DNA of 64,000 bases. It comes from Longimicrobiales bacterium. Lineage in GTDB: Bacteria > Gemmatimonadota > Gemmatimonadetes > Longimicrobiales > Gaopeijiaceae. Where the stretch lies: the NCBI GenBank assembly GCA_041690395.1, contig JAWLHJ010000002.1:564751-628750 (forward strand), written 5' to 3'. The notes below the pieces were generated by a model. That model made no database searches. It saw only the letters and a list, made by a program, of their open reading frames with translations, and was not told the origin of the DNA. Positions 38,246-49,020 of the stretch are shown here, piece by piece. Position 1 is the first letter of the stretch; each line of letters begins with the position of its first letter. The position numbers and the translations under genes are program-made.

Positions 38246-40614
38246 GGTTCGGACGCACCCTCGACGTCAAGATGATGCGCGAGATCTGGCGCCTCCGCGC
38301 GCAGCTCGTGTCCATCGGGCTGGTCGTCGCGACCGGGGTCGTCACCGTCGTCTCCATGCGCGGGACGTACGAGTCGCTGGTGGTGGCCCGGGACGGCTAC
38401 TACCGGAGCGCCCGCCTGGCCGACGTCTGGTCGAGCCTGGAGCGGGCTCCGGTGTCCGCCCGCGACCGGATTCTCGAGATCCCCGGCGTGAGCGCCGTTT
38501 CGACGAGGGTGTCGGCCTACGCGACCCTCGACCTTCCCTGGCTCGACGCCCCGGGGATGGGGCTGTTCGTATCCCTGCCCGACGACGGGCCGCCGGCTCT
38601 CAACCGGATCCACCTGACCCGCGGACGCGAGCTCGCTCCCGGGCGGTCGACCGAAGCCATCGTGGGCGAGGCGTTCTTCCTGGCGAACGACCTTTCCCTG
38701 GGGGATACCATCTCCGCCGTCCTGAACGGGCAGGCGACGGACCTCGTCATCGTGGGTGCCGCCATCTCCCCCGAGCATTCGTACTCGGTACCCCCGGGGG
38801 CCCTCTACCCCGACGACGAGCGCTATGCGGTCTTCTGGATGAGCGAATCGGCGCTGGCGCCCACGCTCGATGCCGAGGAGGCGTTCACCGAGGTCGCGCT
38901 GACGCTGTCTCCGGGAGCTGGGGAGGCGCAGGTCATCCGCAGTCTGAATCGCGTGCTGGAGCCGTACGGCGGGCTCGGCGCGTACGGGCGGGACCGGCAG
39001 ATGTCGGTTCAGATCGTGGCCGACGAGATCGCCCAGAACCGCACGACCGGCACCGTCGTGCCGGCGGTCTTCCTCGGTGTCGCCGCCTTCCTTCTGAACC
39101 TGGTGCTCGGTCGGCTCATCTCGACGCAGCGCACGGAGATCGGGACGCTCAAGGCGTTCGGGTACACGCAGCGCGAGGTCGGGTGGCACTACCTCAGCTA
39201 CGCCCTGGTCGCCGTCGGAATCGGGACCGTGCTCGGGGCGGTGGGCGGTGCCTGGACCGGCGCCGCGATGGTCGAGCTCTACGCCGACTTCTTCCGGTTC
39301 CCAGACCTCGAGTACCGGCTCTCCCCGACCCTGATCCTGATCGGGGGGATGGTGAGCCTGGCGGCCGCGCTGGGTGGCGGTTGGACCGCGGTCCGGCGCG
39401 CAACCCGCCTGACACCGGCCGAGGCGATGCGTCCGGAGCCGCCGGCGCGCTTCGAGCCCGGGTGGCTGGAGCGTGCGGGGCTCGGGAACGCGCTTCCCAC
39501 CGGAGGGCGACTCGTGCTGCGCAACCTGGAACGCCGTCCCCTGAGGAACGCGGTCTCCATGCTGGGGATCGCGTTCTCGGTCGCGATCCTCGTCGTGGGC
39601 GCGTTCATGTTCGACGGCGTCAACCGGCTCATGGAGCTCCAGTTCTCGGTCGCGCAGCGCGAGGACCTCTCGGTGTCCTTCAACCAGCCCCGGAGCCGCG
39701 CGGCGATCCTCGAGCTGGCCGGCCTGGAGGGTGTCGGCCGGGTCGAGCCGTACCACGCCGTGCCGGTCCGTCTCCGGGTGGGCCACCGTCAACGCGAGAC
39801 CTCCCTCACCGGCCTCGTCCCCGGCGCCGAGCTGCGCCGGATCGTGGGCGAGGACGGCAGGTCCCGACCGCTTCCGCTCGAAGGCGTGGTGCTGAGCTCC
39901 TTCGTCGCCGAGGCGCTGGCCGTCCGTCCGGGCGACGACGTGTCGGTCGAAGTGCTGACGGGGCGGCGGGCGACGGGCGTGCTGCGGGTGGCGAGCGTGG
40001 TGGACGACTTCCTGGGCGCGTCCGCGTGGGTGACGCTCGACGTGCTCGACGCCCTCACTGGAGAGGGGGCGCTCCGATCGGGTGCGTATCTGCTGGTGGA
40101 CGAGGCGCGGGAGGACGAGATCAACCGTACGCTCAAGCGCACCCCGGCGGTCGCGAGCGTGATCTCTCCGGGCACCATGCTCGACTCCTTCCGTGAGCAG
40201 CTGGAAGGGTCGCTCCTGGTGAGCGTGGCGTTCATGCTCGGCTTCGCGGGGATCATCTCGGTGGCGGTCGTCTACAACGGGACGCGCATCGCGCTCTCGG
40301 AGCGGGGGCGTGAGCTCGCGTCGCTACGCGTGCTCGGCTTCACCCGCAAGGAAGTCGCGAGGCTGCTGCTCGGCGAGCAGGGGACGCTGACCGTCATCGC
40401 CATCCCGGTGGGGTGCGCCATCGGGTACGCCCTCGCCGCGCTGGTCCTCGCCGGACTCGAGTCGGAGACGTACCGGGTGCCTCTGGTGGTGAGCGCTCGC
40501 ACCTATCTGCTCGCCGGAGGCGCCACCCTTCTGTTCGCCGGCGTGAGCGGCTGGCTCGTTCGTCGGCGACTCGACCGCATCGACCTGATCTCCGTCCTGA
40601 AGACGAGGGAATGA
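38242..40614 (+). CDS. FtsX/MacB-like ABC permease (duplicated)
   Basis: Two permease halves: [10 protein letters not shown] and [11 protein letters not shown]. Confidence 0.9.
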   Translation: MRFGRTLDVKMMREIWRLRAQLVSIGLVVATGVVTVVSMRGTYESLVVARDGYYRSARLADVWSSLERAPVSARDRILEIPGVSAVSTRVSAYATLDLPWLDAPGMGLFVSLPDDGPPALNRIHLTRGRELAPGRSTEAIVGEAFFLANDLSLGDTISAVLNGQATDLVIVGAAISPEHSYSVPPGALYPDDERYAVFWMSESALAPTLDAEEAFTEVALTLSPGAGEAQVIRSLNRVLEPYGGLGAYGRDRQMSVQIVADEIAQNRTTGTVVPAVFLGVAAFLLNLVLGRLISTQRTEIGTLKAFGYTQREVGWHYLSYALVAVGIGTVLGAVGGAWTGAAMVELYADFFRFPDLEYRLSPTLILIGGMVSLAAALGGGWTAVRRATRLTPAEAMRPEPPARFEPGWLERAGLGNALPTGGRLVLRNLERRPLRNAVSMLGIAFSVAILVVGAFMFDGVNRLMELQFSVAQREDLSVSFNQPRSRAAILELAGLEGVGRVEPYHAVPVRLRVGHRQRETSLTGLVPGAELRRIVGEDGRSRPLPLEGVVLSSFVAEALAVRPGDDVSVEVLTGRRATGVLRVASVVDDFLGASAWVTLDVLDALTGEGALRSGAYLLVDEAREDEINRTLKRTPAVASVISPGTMLDSFREQLEGSLLVSVAFMLGFAGIISVAVVYNGTRIALSERGRELASLRVLGFTRKEVARLLLGEQGTLTVIAIPVGCAIGYALAALVLAGLESETYRVPLVVSARTYLLAGGATLLFAGVSGWLVRRRLDRIDLISVLKTRE

Positions 40615-40618
40615 CGAC

Positions 40619-41800
40619 ATGACGCTCAAAAAGCGATCCATCTTCATCGCGGGGGCGGCGCTGGCGGTGATCGCCGTGGGTTACGCGCTGCTCGGGAACG
40701 GCGGCGTCGAGGTCTCCGTGGAGGCCGTGACGCGCGATACCCTGAGCGTCTCCCTAGGGGTCGAAGGGCGGACGCGGGCCCGCGAGCTGTTCACCGTCGC
40801 GGCGCCCGTCCACGGGCAGCTGGCCCGCCTCGAGTTCGAGGAGGGCGACCCGGTCGAGGCCGGCGACGTCGTAGCGCGTATCCTCCCTTCCCTCGAGAAT
40901 CCGCGCACGCTGGCCACGCTCAGGGCGGACGTGGAGGCAGCCCGGGCGGCACAGCTCGAGGCCGGCGCCGCGGTCGCCCAGGCCGAGACCAGAGCGGAGC
41001 AGGCCGCCCGGGAAGCCGATCGCCGGACGGCGCTGGCCGAGGCCGAGCCCGGGTCGCTCAGCCGCGAGGCCGTCGAGCAGGCGGTCACCGCCGCGGACGT
41101 GGCGGCTCGCGAGCTCGAAGCCGCGCGGGCCATGCTCGACGCGTCGGAGGCGAGGCTCGCCGCGGCGCGTGCCCGGGTGTTGGGCGCGTCCGGCACATCG
41201 GATTCGGCCCCCGCGCTCGACGTCGTCGCGCCCGTGAGTGGACGGGTCCTCCGCATCCCGGACCGGAGCGAGCGGGCGGTCACCGCGGGTACGCCGCTCG
41301 TCGAGCTCGCGGACGTGCGTGGTCTCGAGCTCGTCTTCGACGTCCTCTCCGAGGATGCCGTGCGGATCGAGCCGGGCCAGGAGATCCTGGTGTCCGACTG
41401 GGGTGGCGACGAGGTGCTGGAGGGCCGCGTGCGGGCCGTCACCATGGCCGGGTACACCAAGGTCTCGGCGCTGGGCGTCGAGGAACAGCGAGTGGACGTG
41501 ATCGGGGACCTCGACGCCACGCCCGCCTCGCTCGGCGCCGAGTACCGGGTGGGCGGATCGATCGTCGTCTGGCGGGGAAGCGACGTGCTCACGGTGCCGA
41601 CCTCGGCGATCTTCCGGGACGCCGACGGGTGGGCGGTCTTCGCCGTGGAAAACGGACGCGCCCGCCTCCGCCCGGTCACGCTCGGGCGCCGCAACCCGGA
41701 GCGCGCGGAGTTGCTCGATGGGCTCGACCCCGGCAGCCTCGTGGTCGTTTTTCCGCCGTCCGATCTGACCGACGGAGCGAGCGTGCGGACGTCCGGCTGA
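40619..41800 (+). CDS. efflux periplasmic adaptor subunit (HlyD family)
   Basis: N-terminal TM, APVHG/APVSG lipoyl halves, helical hairpin, SALGVEEQRV. Confidence 0.9.
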   Translation: MTLKKRSIFIAGAALAVIAVGYALLGNGGVEVSVEAVTRDTLSVSLGVEGRTRARELFTVAAPVHGQLARLEFEEGDPVEAGDVVARILPSLENPRTLATLRADVEAARAAQLEAGAAVAQAETRAEQAAREADRRTALAEAEPGSLSREAVEQAVTAADVAARELEAARAMLDASEARLAAARARVLGASGTSDSAPALDVVAPVSGRVLRIPDRSERAVTAGTPLVELADVRGLELVFDVLSEDAVRIEPGQEILVSDWGGDEVLEGRVRAVTMAGYTKVSALGVEEQRVDVIGDLDATPASLGAEYRVGGSIVVWRGSDVLTVPTSAIFRDADGWAVFAVENGRARLRPVTLGRRNPERAELLDGLDPGSLVVVFPPSDLTDGASVRTSG

Positions 41801-41842
41801 ACCCGCGCACCGCCCACCCGACCCCCACGCATCGACGCATCC

Positions 41843-42880
41843 ATGGACATCGGCATCTACAGCTTCGGCGAGACCTCCTTCGACCCCGAGACCGGGCGCC
41901 AACTCGACCCGGGCGAGCGGCTCCGCAACCTGGTCGAGGAGATCGAGCTGGCGGACCAGGTCGGCCTGGACGTCTTCGGCGTGGGCGAGCATCACCGGGC
42001 GGACTACGCCGTTTCCGCGCCGGCGATCGTCCTCGCGGCCGCCGCGGCCCGGACCGAGTCGATCCGCCTCACGAGCGCGGTCTCCGTGTTGAGCTCGGAC
42101 GATCCGGTGCGCGTCTTCCAGCAGTTCGCGACACTCGACCACCTCTCGGCCGGCCGGGCCGAGATCATGGTCGGCCGCGGCTCGTTCACCGAGTCGTTCC
42201 CGCTCTTCGGATACGATCTCGGCCAGTACGACGCGCTCTTCAGCGAGAAGCTAGAACTCCTGCTCCGTCTCCGGGACGAGGAGCGGATCCGGTGGGAAGG
42301 GCGGCTCCGCCCGTCCATCCCCGACCGGCCTGTCTACCCGCGGCCAGCCCAGGACCCGCTCCCGATCTGGATCGCGGTGGGCGGGAACCCCCAGTCGGTG
42401 ATCCGGGCCGGCACGCTGGGGCTTCCGATGGCGCTCGCGATCATCGGAGGTCCACCCGAGCGGTTCCGCCCCATGGTGGAGCTCTACCGCGAGGCCGCGG
42501 ACCGGGCGGGTCACGACGCCCAGGCGCTTCCCGTGAGCATCAACGCGCACGGGTTCATCGCGGACTCCGACGACCACGCGGCGGATCTCTCCTTCCCGGC
42601 ATTCCACGACACGATGGGCCGGATCGGTCGCGAGCGGGGCTGGCCGCCGCCGACACGGGCGCAGTTCGACGCGGAGGCCGAGCTGAGGGGGGCCCACTTC
42701 GTCGGCGCGCCCGAGCGCATCGTGGAGAAGATGCTGTTCCAGCACCGTTTGTTCGGTCACCAGCGGTGTCTGATTCAACTCACCGTAGGGGTCTTGCCGC
42801 ACCGCGAGGTGCTGCGCGCCATCGAGCTGTTCGGCACGGAGGTGGCGCCCGTGGTTCGGAAGGAGCTCGGGGGCGGCTGA
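41843..42880 (+). CDS. LLM class flavin-dependent oxidoreductase
   Basis: [26 protein letters not shown]. Confidence 0.92.
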   Translation: MDIGIYSFGETSFDPETGRQLDPGERLRNLVEEIELADQVGLDVFGVGEHHRADYAVSAPAIVLAAAAARTESIRLTSAVSVLSSDDPVRVFQQFATLDHLSAGRAEIMVGRGSFTESFPLFGYDLGQYDALFSEKLELLLRLRDEERIRWEGRLRPSIPDRPVYPRPAQDPLPIWIAVGGNPQSVIRAGTLGLPMALAIIGGPPERFRPMVELYREAADRAGHDAQALPVSINAHGFIADSDDHAADLSFPAFHDTMGRIGRERGWPPPTRAQFDAEAELRGAHFVGAPERIVEKMLFQHRLFGHQRCLIQLTVGVLPHREVLRAIELFGTEVAPVVRKELGGG

Positions 42881-43058
42881 GCGGAGGGCGGGGCCGAAGC
42901 ACACGCGGGGCGGGGCGAGCGCCGGGGTCGCGGGTCAGTGTCACCATGTGCACGGCCGCGGCCGCCGCGGGTATCAGGAAGGCACGCGGGCAGCGGAACA
43001 TGCCGGCCGTCCCGCCGTTTCATAGGTTCCGGTTCGTCACTCGAGCACGGAGGCACGC

Positions 43059-43598
43059 ATGACCGAGGTCGCCACAGGTTCCCAGGAAGGATCGCCCGGC
43101 CAGGGACGGCAAGGTTCGTCATCGACCGTGGCCGACATCCTCTACGAGACGTTCTACGGTGGCGCCATCGGCGGCAGCATCCTCGCGCTCTTCTTCGCCG
43201 TGATGGACGTCGTTCAGGGGCGAGCGCTCTTCACCCCGTCCGCGCTCGGCACCGCGTTTTTCACGGACGCGGCCGCCTCCGCCGACGTCGAGATCCGGCT
43301 GGACATGGTCGCCTACTTCAGCGTGGTGCACCTCGCCGTGTTTCTGCTCATCGGCTTCGGCCTCGCGATCGCGTACCGCCGACTCGGAGCGTACGCACGC
43401 CGCCCCACGCTCATGGCTGCGCTGACCTTCGCGGTCCTCACCGGAGGGTTCGCGGCGGCCGGCGCCGTTCTCGCTCCCGGGGTCGTCGCCGTCATCGGCC
43501 TCCCGTGGATCGCCGCGGGTAATCTCCTGACCGCGATCGGCATGATCGCGTTCATGGAGTGGGCGCATCGGGAGGGCGGCGGGTCGAGCTACTCCTGA
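43059..43598 (+). CDS. hypothetical integral membrane protein
   Basis: GGAGG RBS; about 4 hydrophobic helices. Confidence 0.75.
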   Translation: MTEVATGSQEGSPGQGRQGSSSTVADILYETFYGGAIGGSILALFFAVMDVVQGRALFTPSALGTAFFTDAAASADVEIRLDMVAYFSVVHLAVFLLIGFGLAIAYRRLGAYARRPTLMAALTFAVLTGGFAAAGAVLAPGVVAVIGLPWIAAGNLLTAIGMIAFMEWAHREGGGSSYS

Positions 43599-43822
43599 CG
43601 ACACGGAGCGGCCGGCCCGCCGCCATGGAGGCACCAGCCCGCCGTCACGGAGGGGCCACCCCGTCGTCACGGACACGCCGGACCGCCGTCGGCCAGCGCC
43701 GCCGACCGCGGCCGGAGCGAGGGGGTTCCGAGACGAGGGGGGCGCGATCGGGCGCGGAAGCCTATCTTCGCCTCATCGGAGTGGTTCCTGGTCCAGCCGG
43801 ATGCAACGATGGAGGGTCTTAG

Positions 43823-44257
43823 ATGAATACCGACGAAGCCGCAGCCCCGGACCACGCTCGCAGAAGCAGCCCCGAGACGCTGCGACTCCGCCGTGTCACC
43901 CCTTCCTTGACGGTCGACGACGTCGGCCGGAGCCTCGACTTCTATCGAGATGTCATGGGCTTCGTGGTCGACGAGATCTGGGAGCACGAAGGCCGCAGGG
44001 TCGGCGCCGCGCTGGTCGCGGGATCCGTCACCCTCCTCCTCAGCGCCGACGACGGCAAGGCCGGGACCGACCGAGTGAAGGGCCAGGGCTTCCGTCTCCA
44101 TCTCAGCACCGCGCAGGACGTCGACCGCCTCGCCTCGAACGTCGAGTCGCGCGGCGGCACGATCGACGAGGGCCCGACGGACATGCCGTGGGGCGCGCGC
44201 GCCTTCACCATCGTCGACCCGGACGGCTTCAAGCTCACGGTGGCGGCGGACAGCTGA
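43823..44257 (+). CDS. VOC/glyoxalase family protein
   Basis: SLDFYRDVMGF, DMPWGARAF..DPDG. Confidence 0.88.
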   Translation: MNTDEAAAPDHARRSSPETLRLRRVTPSLTVDDVGRSLDFYRDVMGFVVDEIWEHEGRRVGAALVAGSVTLLLSADDGKAGTDRVKGQGFRLHLSTAQDVDRLASNVESRGGTIDEGPTDMPWGARAFTIVDPDGFKLTVAADS

Positions 44258-44302
44258 CGCGATGGGGTGGGCCCGTGGCTAGCCGTCGTGGGCGTGGGCC
44301 GC

Positions 44303-44380
44303 GGTGGGCCGGTGGGCCGGTGGGCCGGTGGGCCGGTGGGCCGGTGGGCCGGTGGGCCGGTGGGCCGGTGGGCCGGTGGC
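44303..44380. repeat. 8-bp tandem repeat (GGTGGGCC)x9 plus a partial copy
   Basis: Nine perfect units counted at 44303-44374. Confidence 0.97.
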
Positions 44381-44388
44381 AGAGAAAT

Positions 44389-44543
44389 ACACAGTCGCGA
44401 AGCGTCCGCCAACGCTTGTGAGGTTTCCGCCGCTGAGCGGCAGAAAAATGCCACGCCTCGCCTCCGCGCCTCCGCCCTTGTGCGATTGTCATCCATAAAT
44501 GGCGGAAAGCCCACATCGCTCCCGTCCGCCCGCACGAGTGTGT
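44389..44543. repeat. long imperfect inverted repeat (about 43-bp arms)
   Basis: TGTGAGGTTTCCGCC (44417-44431) vs GGCGGAAAGCCCACA (44501-44515), 13/15 complementary; outer ACACAGTCG / CGAGTGTGT. Confidence 0.6.
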
Positions 44544-44597
44544 GACTTCCCGCCGGTCGTTGCCGCCCCTTCGTTCCCGCCCGTCAGCTCCCGCCAG

Positions 44598-45896
44598 TCA
44601 GCTCTCGGCGTACCGGTCGATCGCTTCCCGCAACGACCGGAACACCCATGCGCGCTTCTCGTCGTCGGTCTCGAGCAGCGTCGCCCGGAAGCCGTGATGC
44701 GTGCTCTGGAAGCCGGTGAGCGGGACGACCACGATGCCCGTCGCTCCCATGAGGTAGTAGACGAACCGCTTGTCCGGCTCGACGCCCGCGACCAGGCGCT
44801 CGACCGTCTCGCGGATCCGGCGATCCTCGATGTGGAGCGTCTGTGAGCCGTTGAGGAGCCCGTCGTCGAACTGGACGGTGAAGTAGAACGCGCCCCCCGG
44901 CCGATTCACGGTGACGTGCCGGCATCCCTCGAAGGCCGCCATCATCTCGTCGGCCCGCGCGGCGAACATCCGCCGTCGACGCTCGAGGTGCTCGGGGTAC
45001 CGGGGGTCCCCCATCACCCTGGGGATCGAGAGCTGCGGCAGCGTCGTCGACGACACCTCGAGGCGCTTCGCGGCGAGCAGGCTGTCGACGTACTGCGCGA
45101 AGATCGGGTCACGCCCCTTGTTCAGGATCTCGAGCCAGCCGCATCGCGCACCGGGCCACGGGTATTCCTTGCTGATCCCTCGCATGGCGATGCCCGGCAC
45201 GTCGCCGATCCACTCGCTCAAATGCAGGGGCGGCTGCCCGTTGTAGACGATGTTGGCGTAGATCTCGTCGGCGATGATGAAGATGTCGTTCGCACGCGCG
45301 ATGGCCGCGATCTCCTCGAGGACCTCCCGCGGATACACCGCGCCGGTCGGGTTGTCCGGCGACAGGAGGAGGATCCCCGCGATGGAATCATTGTAGCGCA
45401 CTTTGTTGCGGATATCGTCCAGATCCGGCATCCAGCCGGTGGCCGGATCGAGCGCGTACGTCACGTGGCTGTATCCGGAGTGCGCGGCCTCCGCCGAGGA
45501 GTGCGTGCTGTAGGCGGGCGACGGTCCGAGAATCCGGGCCTCACGGCGCATGAACCCATAGACCTTGGCGATCGCGTCGCCGAGGCCGTTGAAGAACATG
45601 ATGTCCTGGGCGGTGATCTGGACGCCGCCGCGACGGTTCACCTCGTCCGCGAGGAAGGCGCGCACCGCGGGGACGCCCTGCGTATCGCAGTAGCCCCACG
45701 ACTCGTTCTCGTGCACGAGCCCGGAGACGATGTCGCGGATCCACTCCGGAGGGACCTCCCCCTTGTGCACCGGATCACCGATGTTCTCCCAGGTCACTTC
45801 GCGACCCAGGGACTCGATCTCCTGAGCCGCCGTGACGATCTCGCGAATCTCGTATTTCAGGCTGGCTGCACCGACGTGCAGGATATTGCGACGCAT
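44598..45896 (-). CDS. PLP-dependent aminotransferase class I/II (AlaA/AspC-like)
   Basis: YEIR, NIGDP, PDNPTG, ADEIY, ISKEYPWPGARCGW. Confidence 0.9.
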   Translation of the reverse strand: MRRNILHVGAASLKYEIREIVTAAQEIESLGREVTWENIGDPVHKGEVPPEWIRDIVSGLVHENESWGYCDTQGVPAVRAFLADEVNRRGGVQITAQDIMFFNGLGDAIAKVYGFMRREARILGPSPAYSTHSSAEAAHSGYSHVTYALDPATGWMPDLDDIRNKVRYNDSIAGILLLSPDNPTGAVYPREVLEEIAAIARANDIFIIADEIYANIVYNGQPPLHLSEWIGDVPGIAMRGISKEYPWPGARCGWLEILNKGRDPIFAQYVDSLLAAKRLEVSSTTLPQLSIPRVMGDPRYPEHLERRRRMFAARADEMMAAFEGCRHVTVNRPGGAFYFTVQFDDGLLNGSQTLHIEDRRIRETVERLVAGVEPDKRFVYYLMGATGIVVVPLTGFQSTHHGFRATLLETDDEKRAWVFRSLREAIDRYAES

Positions 45897-45983
45897 GCTC
45901 TGGCTCTCGTGGGTCCCCGGGTGGGTGCTCGGAGGGTCGATGAAGCTCACCCGGCGCCCCGGCGAATTCAACGGGTGGGGCGC

Positions 45984-48167
45984 ATGCTGCGGTCGGCCCG
46001 AGTGGCGTCCGTGCCCCGCGGAACACGGCGGCCGACCCACCGGCTGGCCCGCGCACGCTCCGCCTTCGTCGCGGTCACCGTGGTCTCATTCGTCCAGTGG
46101 CTCGCCCCCACGGAAGCCGCGGCCCAGGACCGGCGGGACGCGTCGAGCCCGGGGACCTCGGCCGAGCGGACGGCCGAGTCGGAGTGGCAGCTCGGCGTCG
46201 AGATCGGAGACGACCCGGCGGGACTGCTCCGGTGGGAGACGCACCGAGACGGCTGGACCTTCGGCGCGGGGGCCACGGCCGGACCCGGCGCCGGGGACAT
46301 CCAGCTCCGGATCGCTCCGCACGTGCGCCTGCAACGCACCCTGGTGCCACGCGTTCTGGTCGGCGCCGGGCTCGGGTTGGAGTGGACACGCCTCGACCGC
46401 GAGGGGAACGACGAAGAGTCCGAGCTCCAGTGGGACGTGGGCGTCGGCTGGCGGCCGGTGGAGCGGCTCCTCACCGAGGCGGGAGTGCGTTGGACGGACT
46501 ACCGGAACCGGCGGACCCGTGCCTACGTCCGGATCGCCGTGCCGCTGAGGATGAGGGGCGCGGGCGCCCGGCCGGAGCCGCCGGGGCCCGCCCGGTCGCC
46601 AGAGTCTGCCGTGACCCCCGACACCGCCCCGGGCCGTACACCGGGCGCCGCTACCGACCCCACGCCCGCCCCGGACCCCACGCCCGCCCCGGCCTCCCCC
46701 CTCCGAGCGGCCGCCGCCGTCCACGCGGCCCTCCGGCACCTTGGCGTTCCCCCCTCCGCCACGCGGGACGGGCGCCTGGACCTGTCGGTGGACGCGGTCG
46801 AGCGGAGCGGCTCGGGAATCGTCATGATCGCAGCCAATCCGCGCGGCGACCCCGATCCGCGCACCGGCATCGCACCCGGCACTGGCTCCGGCACCGGCGC
46901 CGCCCCCGGCGCAACGAACGTCGACCGCCTCGGCCTGGGCAGCGAGGCGTGGACGTCCGCGGACGCGTGGAACGGCTGGGCCCGTTGGCGGTCCGACCTC
47001 CACACCGACCCCTCGATCGCGGAACGGACCCGGGCGGCGACCGAGGGCCTCTTCTTCCCCGTCTCGATCTCGTTCTCCGGCGGCGCTCGGTGGAGCCCGG
47101 GCGACGGACGCGCCCTCGACGTCGTGGCGCGACACGATCCGCAGGCTCTCATCTGGCTCCCGCACCTGGGCCGGGAGCGGACGGCAGAGGTCGGGTTCGC
47201 CCGGGCAGGAGGGGCGTTCGGCCGCACCTCGGTCGCGGTGACCGGAACCCGCCTCGAGCCGATCGAGGGTCGAGCCGTCGACGACCTCGACCACCTACAG
47301 GTCGGAGTGGCTGTCGCTGCGGGCCCCACGCTGAGCGTCGGGGTCGAGCACGAGCGGTTGGACACGCGCGGCGGGGAGTGGCGGCGGAGCCGTGCCGTCG
47401 TCGAGCGGGCGGGCCGGCTCTCCGCCCGACTCCTGGCCGGGGACGACCTCGCCGTGCGGGTGGGCGCCTCGACCGAGCACGGCGCATGGCGAGCGGAGGC
47501 GTGGGGATCCTACCGCTCCGAGCCGGAGCTGCTCCATTACGACCGACTGGTGGCCAGCGGCTGGGCACGACCGGGCCCAGCGGACCCCACAAACCCCGCA
47601 GACCCGCCCGACCCGTCGGGCCCCACCACCCCCGACGGCGACGTATGGGCGTACGGCCTGACCGCCACCCGCGGCCCCATCCAGCTCGCCCTGGACGGCA
47701 CGGTCGGCGACCCGGTCTGGACGCCCGACTCCATCGAGCGAGGCGCCGGTGGAAGGGTGGGCCTGGTCTGGACGGACCGGCTCGCAGGCGACAGGATCGA
47801 AGGAAGGCTGGCGGTACGCGTCGCCGAGTGGGGGCCGGACCGCGCCTGGTGGCTGGAGCACCCGACCGCCGAGGCTTGGATCGAAACCAACACGCCGCTC
47901 GGCCCTGCTCTGCTGAGCGCCCGTGTTGCGGCCCGCACCGAGCTGAAGAGCGTACGCGCCGGGCTGGAGCACCCGGCGGGCGCCGAGCTCGGGCTGGGCC
48001 TCCTGGGTCCACTTCCCGACATCGGATCCCTGAAGGGTATGACGGTGAGCATGCGCCTGGACGACCTGCTCGACTCGGGCCTCCCGGTGCGTGTGGGCGC
48101 GCCCGAGCGGGGCCGGCGCCTGACGCTCGCCCTGGCATGGATGTCGAGATCCGGAGTCGACCGATGA
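45984..48167 (+). CDS. hypothetical exported protein, possibly a beta-barrel
   Basis: Signal-like N-terminus (AAA-Q), Trp/Gly-rich alternating strands, Pro-rich linkers; ATGA overlap with the next gene. Confidence 0.6.
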   Translation: MLRSARVASVPRGTRRPTHRLARARSAFVAVTVVSFVQWLAPTEAAAQDRRDASSPGTSAERTAESEWQLGVEIGDDPAGLLRWETHRDGWTFGAGATAGPGAGDIQLRIAPHVRLQRTLVPRVLVGAGLGLEWTRLDREGNDEESELQWDVGVGWRPVERLLTEAGVRWTDYRNRRTRAYVRIAVPLRMRGAGARPEPPGPARSPESAVTPDTAPGRTPGAATDPTPAPDPTPAPASPLRAAAAVHAALRHLGVPPSATRDGRLDLSVDAVERSGSGIVMIAANPRGDPDPRTGIAPGTGSGTGAAPGATNVDRLGLGSEAWTSADAWNGWARWRSDLHTDPSIAERTRAATEGLFFPVSISFSGGARWSPGDGRALDVVARHDPQALIWLPHLGRERTAEVGFARAGGAFGRTSVAVTGTRLEPIEGRAVDDLDHLQVGVAVAAGPTLSVGVEHERLDTRGGEWRRSRAVVERAGRLSARLLAGDDLAVRVGASTEHGAWRAEAWGSYRSEPELLHYDRLVASGWARPGPADPTNPADPPDPSGPTTPDGDVWAYGLTATRGPIQLALDGTVGDPVWTPDSIERGAGGRVGLVWTDRLAGDRIEGRLAVRVAEWGPDRAWWLEHPTAEAWIETNTPLGPALLSARVAARTELKSVRAGLEHPAGAELGLGLLGPLPDIGSLKGMTVSMRLDDLLDSGLPVRVGAPERGRRLTLALAWMSRSGVDR
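46656..46691 (+). repeat. in-frame 18-bp direct repeat x2 (DPTPAP)
   Basis: GACCCCACGCCCGCCCCG twice in tandem. Confidence 0.85.
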
Positions 48168-49003
48168 TCACCGAGACGGACCCGTCGCTGGACACGCTCG
48201 TGGAGCTGCTGCGGCGACACTCATGCGTGGTACTCTCCGGCGCCGGGTGCAGCACGGAATCCGGCATCCCCGACTACCGGGGCCCCGACGGCTCGCTCAA
48301 GGGCCGGCAGCCGATCCGGTTCCAGGAGTTCATGAGGAATCCGGCCTCCCGCACGCGCTACTGGGCGCGCAGCATGGTCGGCTGGCCACGCTTCTCGAAG
48401 TCGCGGCCGAACGAGGCGCATCGAGCCCTGGCGGCGCTGGAGAACGCGGGCTTCGTCGAGGGCATCATCACGCAGAACGTGGACGAGCTGCACCAGGCCG
48501 CGGGCAGCGAGTCCGTGGTGGATCTGCATGGACGGCTGTCGGAGGTCGTCTGCATGGCGTGCGGAGCGGTGGAGTCCCGGGATTCCGTGCAGGAGCGACT
48601 GCGGGCACTGAACCCGGACTTCGCGGCCACGGCCGACCACTACATCGCCGACGGCGACGCCCAACTCCCGGAAGGATCGGAGGCCGGCTTCCGCGTGGCG
48701 TCCTGCCGCTCCTGCGGGGGCCTGCTGAAGCCGCACGTGGTATTCTTCGGGGAGAACGTCCCCGGAGAGCGGCTCGAGCGCACCTGGACCCTCTTCCGTC
48801 GGGCGAGCGCGCTCCTCGTCGTCGGCTCCTCACTGACCGTATTCTCCGGGAGACGCTTCGTGTTGCGCGCCGAGCAGGAAGGCAAGCCCGTCGCCATCGT
48901 GAACGTCGGCCCGACCCGCGGCGACGAAACCGCCCTGTGCAAGGTGGAAGACCGTGCCGGCACCGTCCTCCCGCAGATCGCCGAGGCGTTGGGCGCCGCT
49001 TGA
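48164..49003 (+). CDS. NAD-dependent deacylase, sirtuin (class II / SIRT4-like)
   Basis: GAGCSTESGIPDYRG, TQNVD, LHG, CxxC...CxxC, LKPHVVFFGENVP, NVGPTRGD. Confidence 0.92.
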   Translation: MITETDPSLDTLVELLRRHSCVVLSGAGCSTESGIPDYRGPDGSLKGRQPIRFQEFMRNPASRTRYWARSMVGWPRFSKSRPNEAHRALAALENAGFVEGIITQNVDELHQAAGSESVVDLHGRLSEVVCMACGAVESRDSVQERLRALNPDFAATADHYIADGDAQLPEGSEAGFRVASCRSCGGLLKPHVVFFGENVPGERLERTWTLFRRASALLVVGSSLTVFSGRRFVLRAEQEGKPVAIVNVGPTRGDETALCKVEDRAGTVLPQIAEALGAA

Positions 49004-49020
49004 CCCCCAATGAGAAGACC

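Noticed and set aside
37532..41800. ABC exporter as part of a RiPP or toxin cluster
   Set aside because: No precursor peptide or modifying enzymes adjacent; a common three-gene transporter.
44303..44380. Possible CRISPR array, or the short ORFs spanning the repeat
   Set aside because: 8-bp units without spacers and no cas genes; the ORFs are just translations of the microsatellite.
46097..49003. 968-aa sirtuin fusion or Sir2-type anti-phage system
   Set aside because: The sirtuin starts at 48164 and has the housekeeping Zn-binding deacylase motifs; no defence partner genes nearby.
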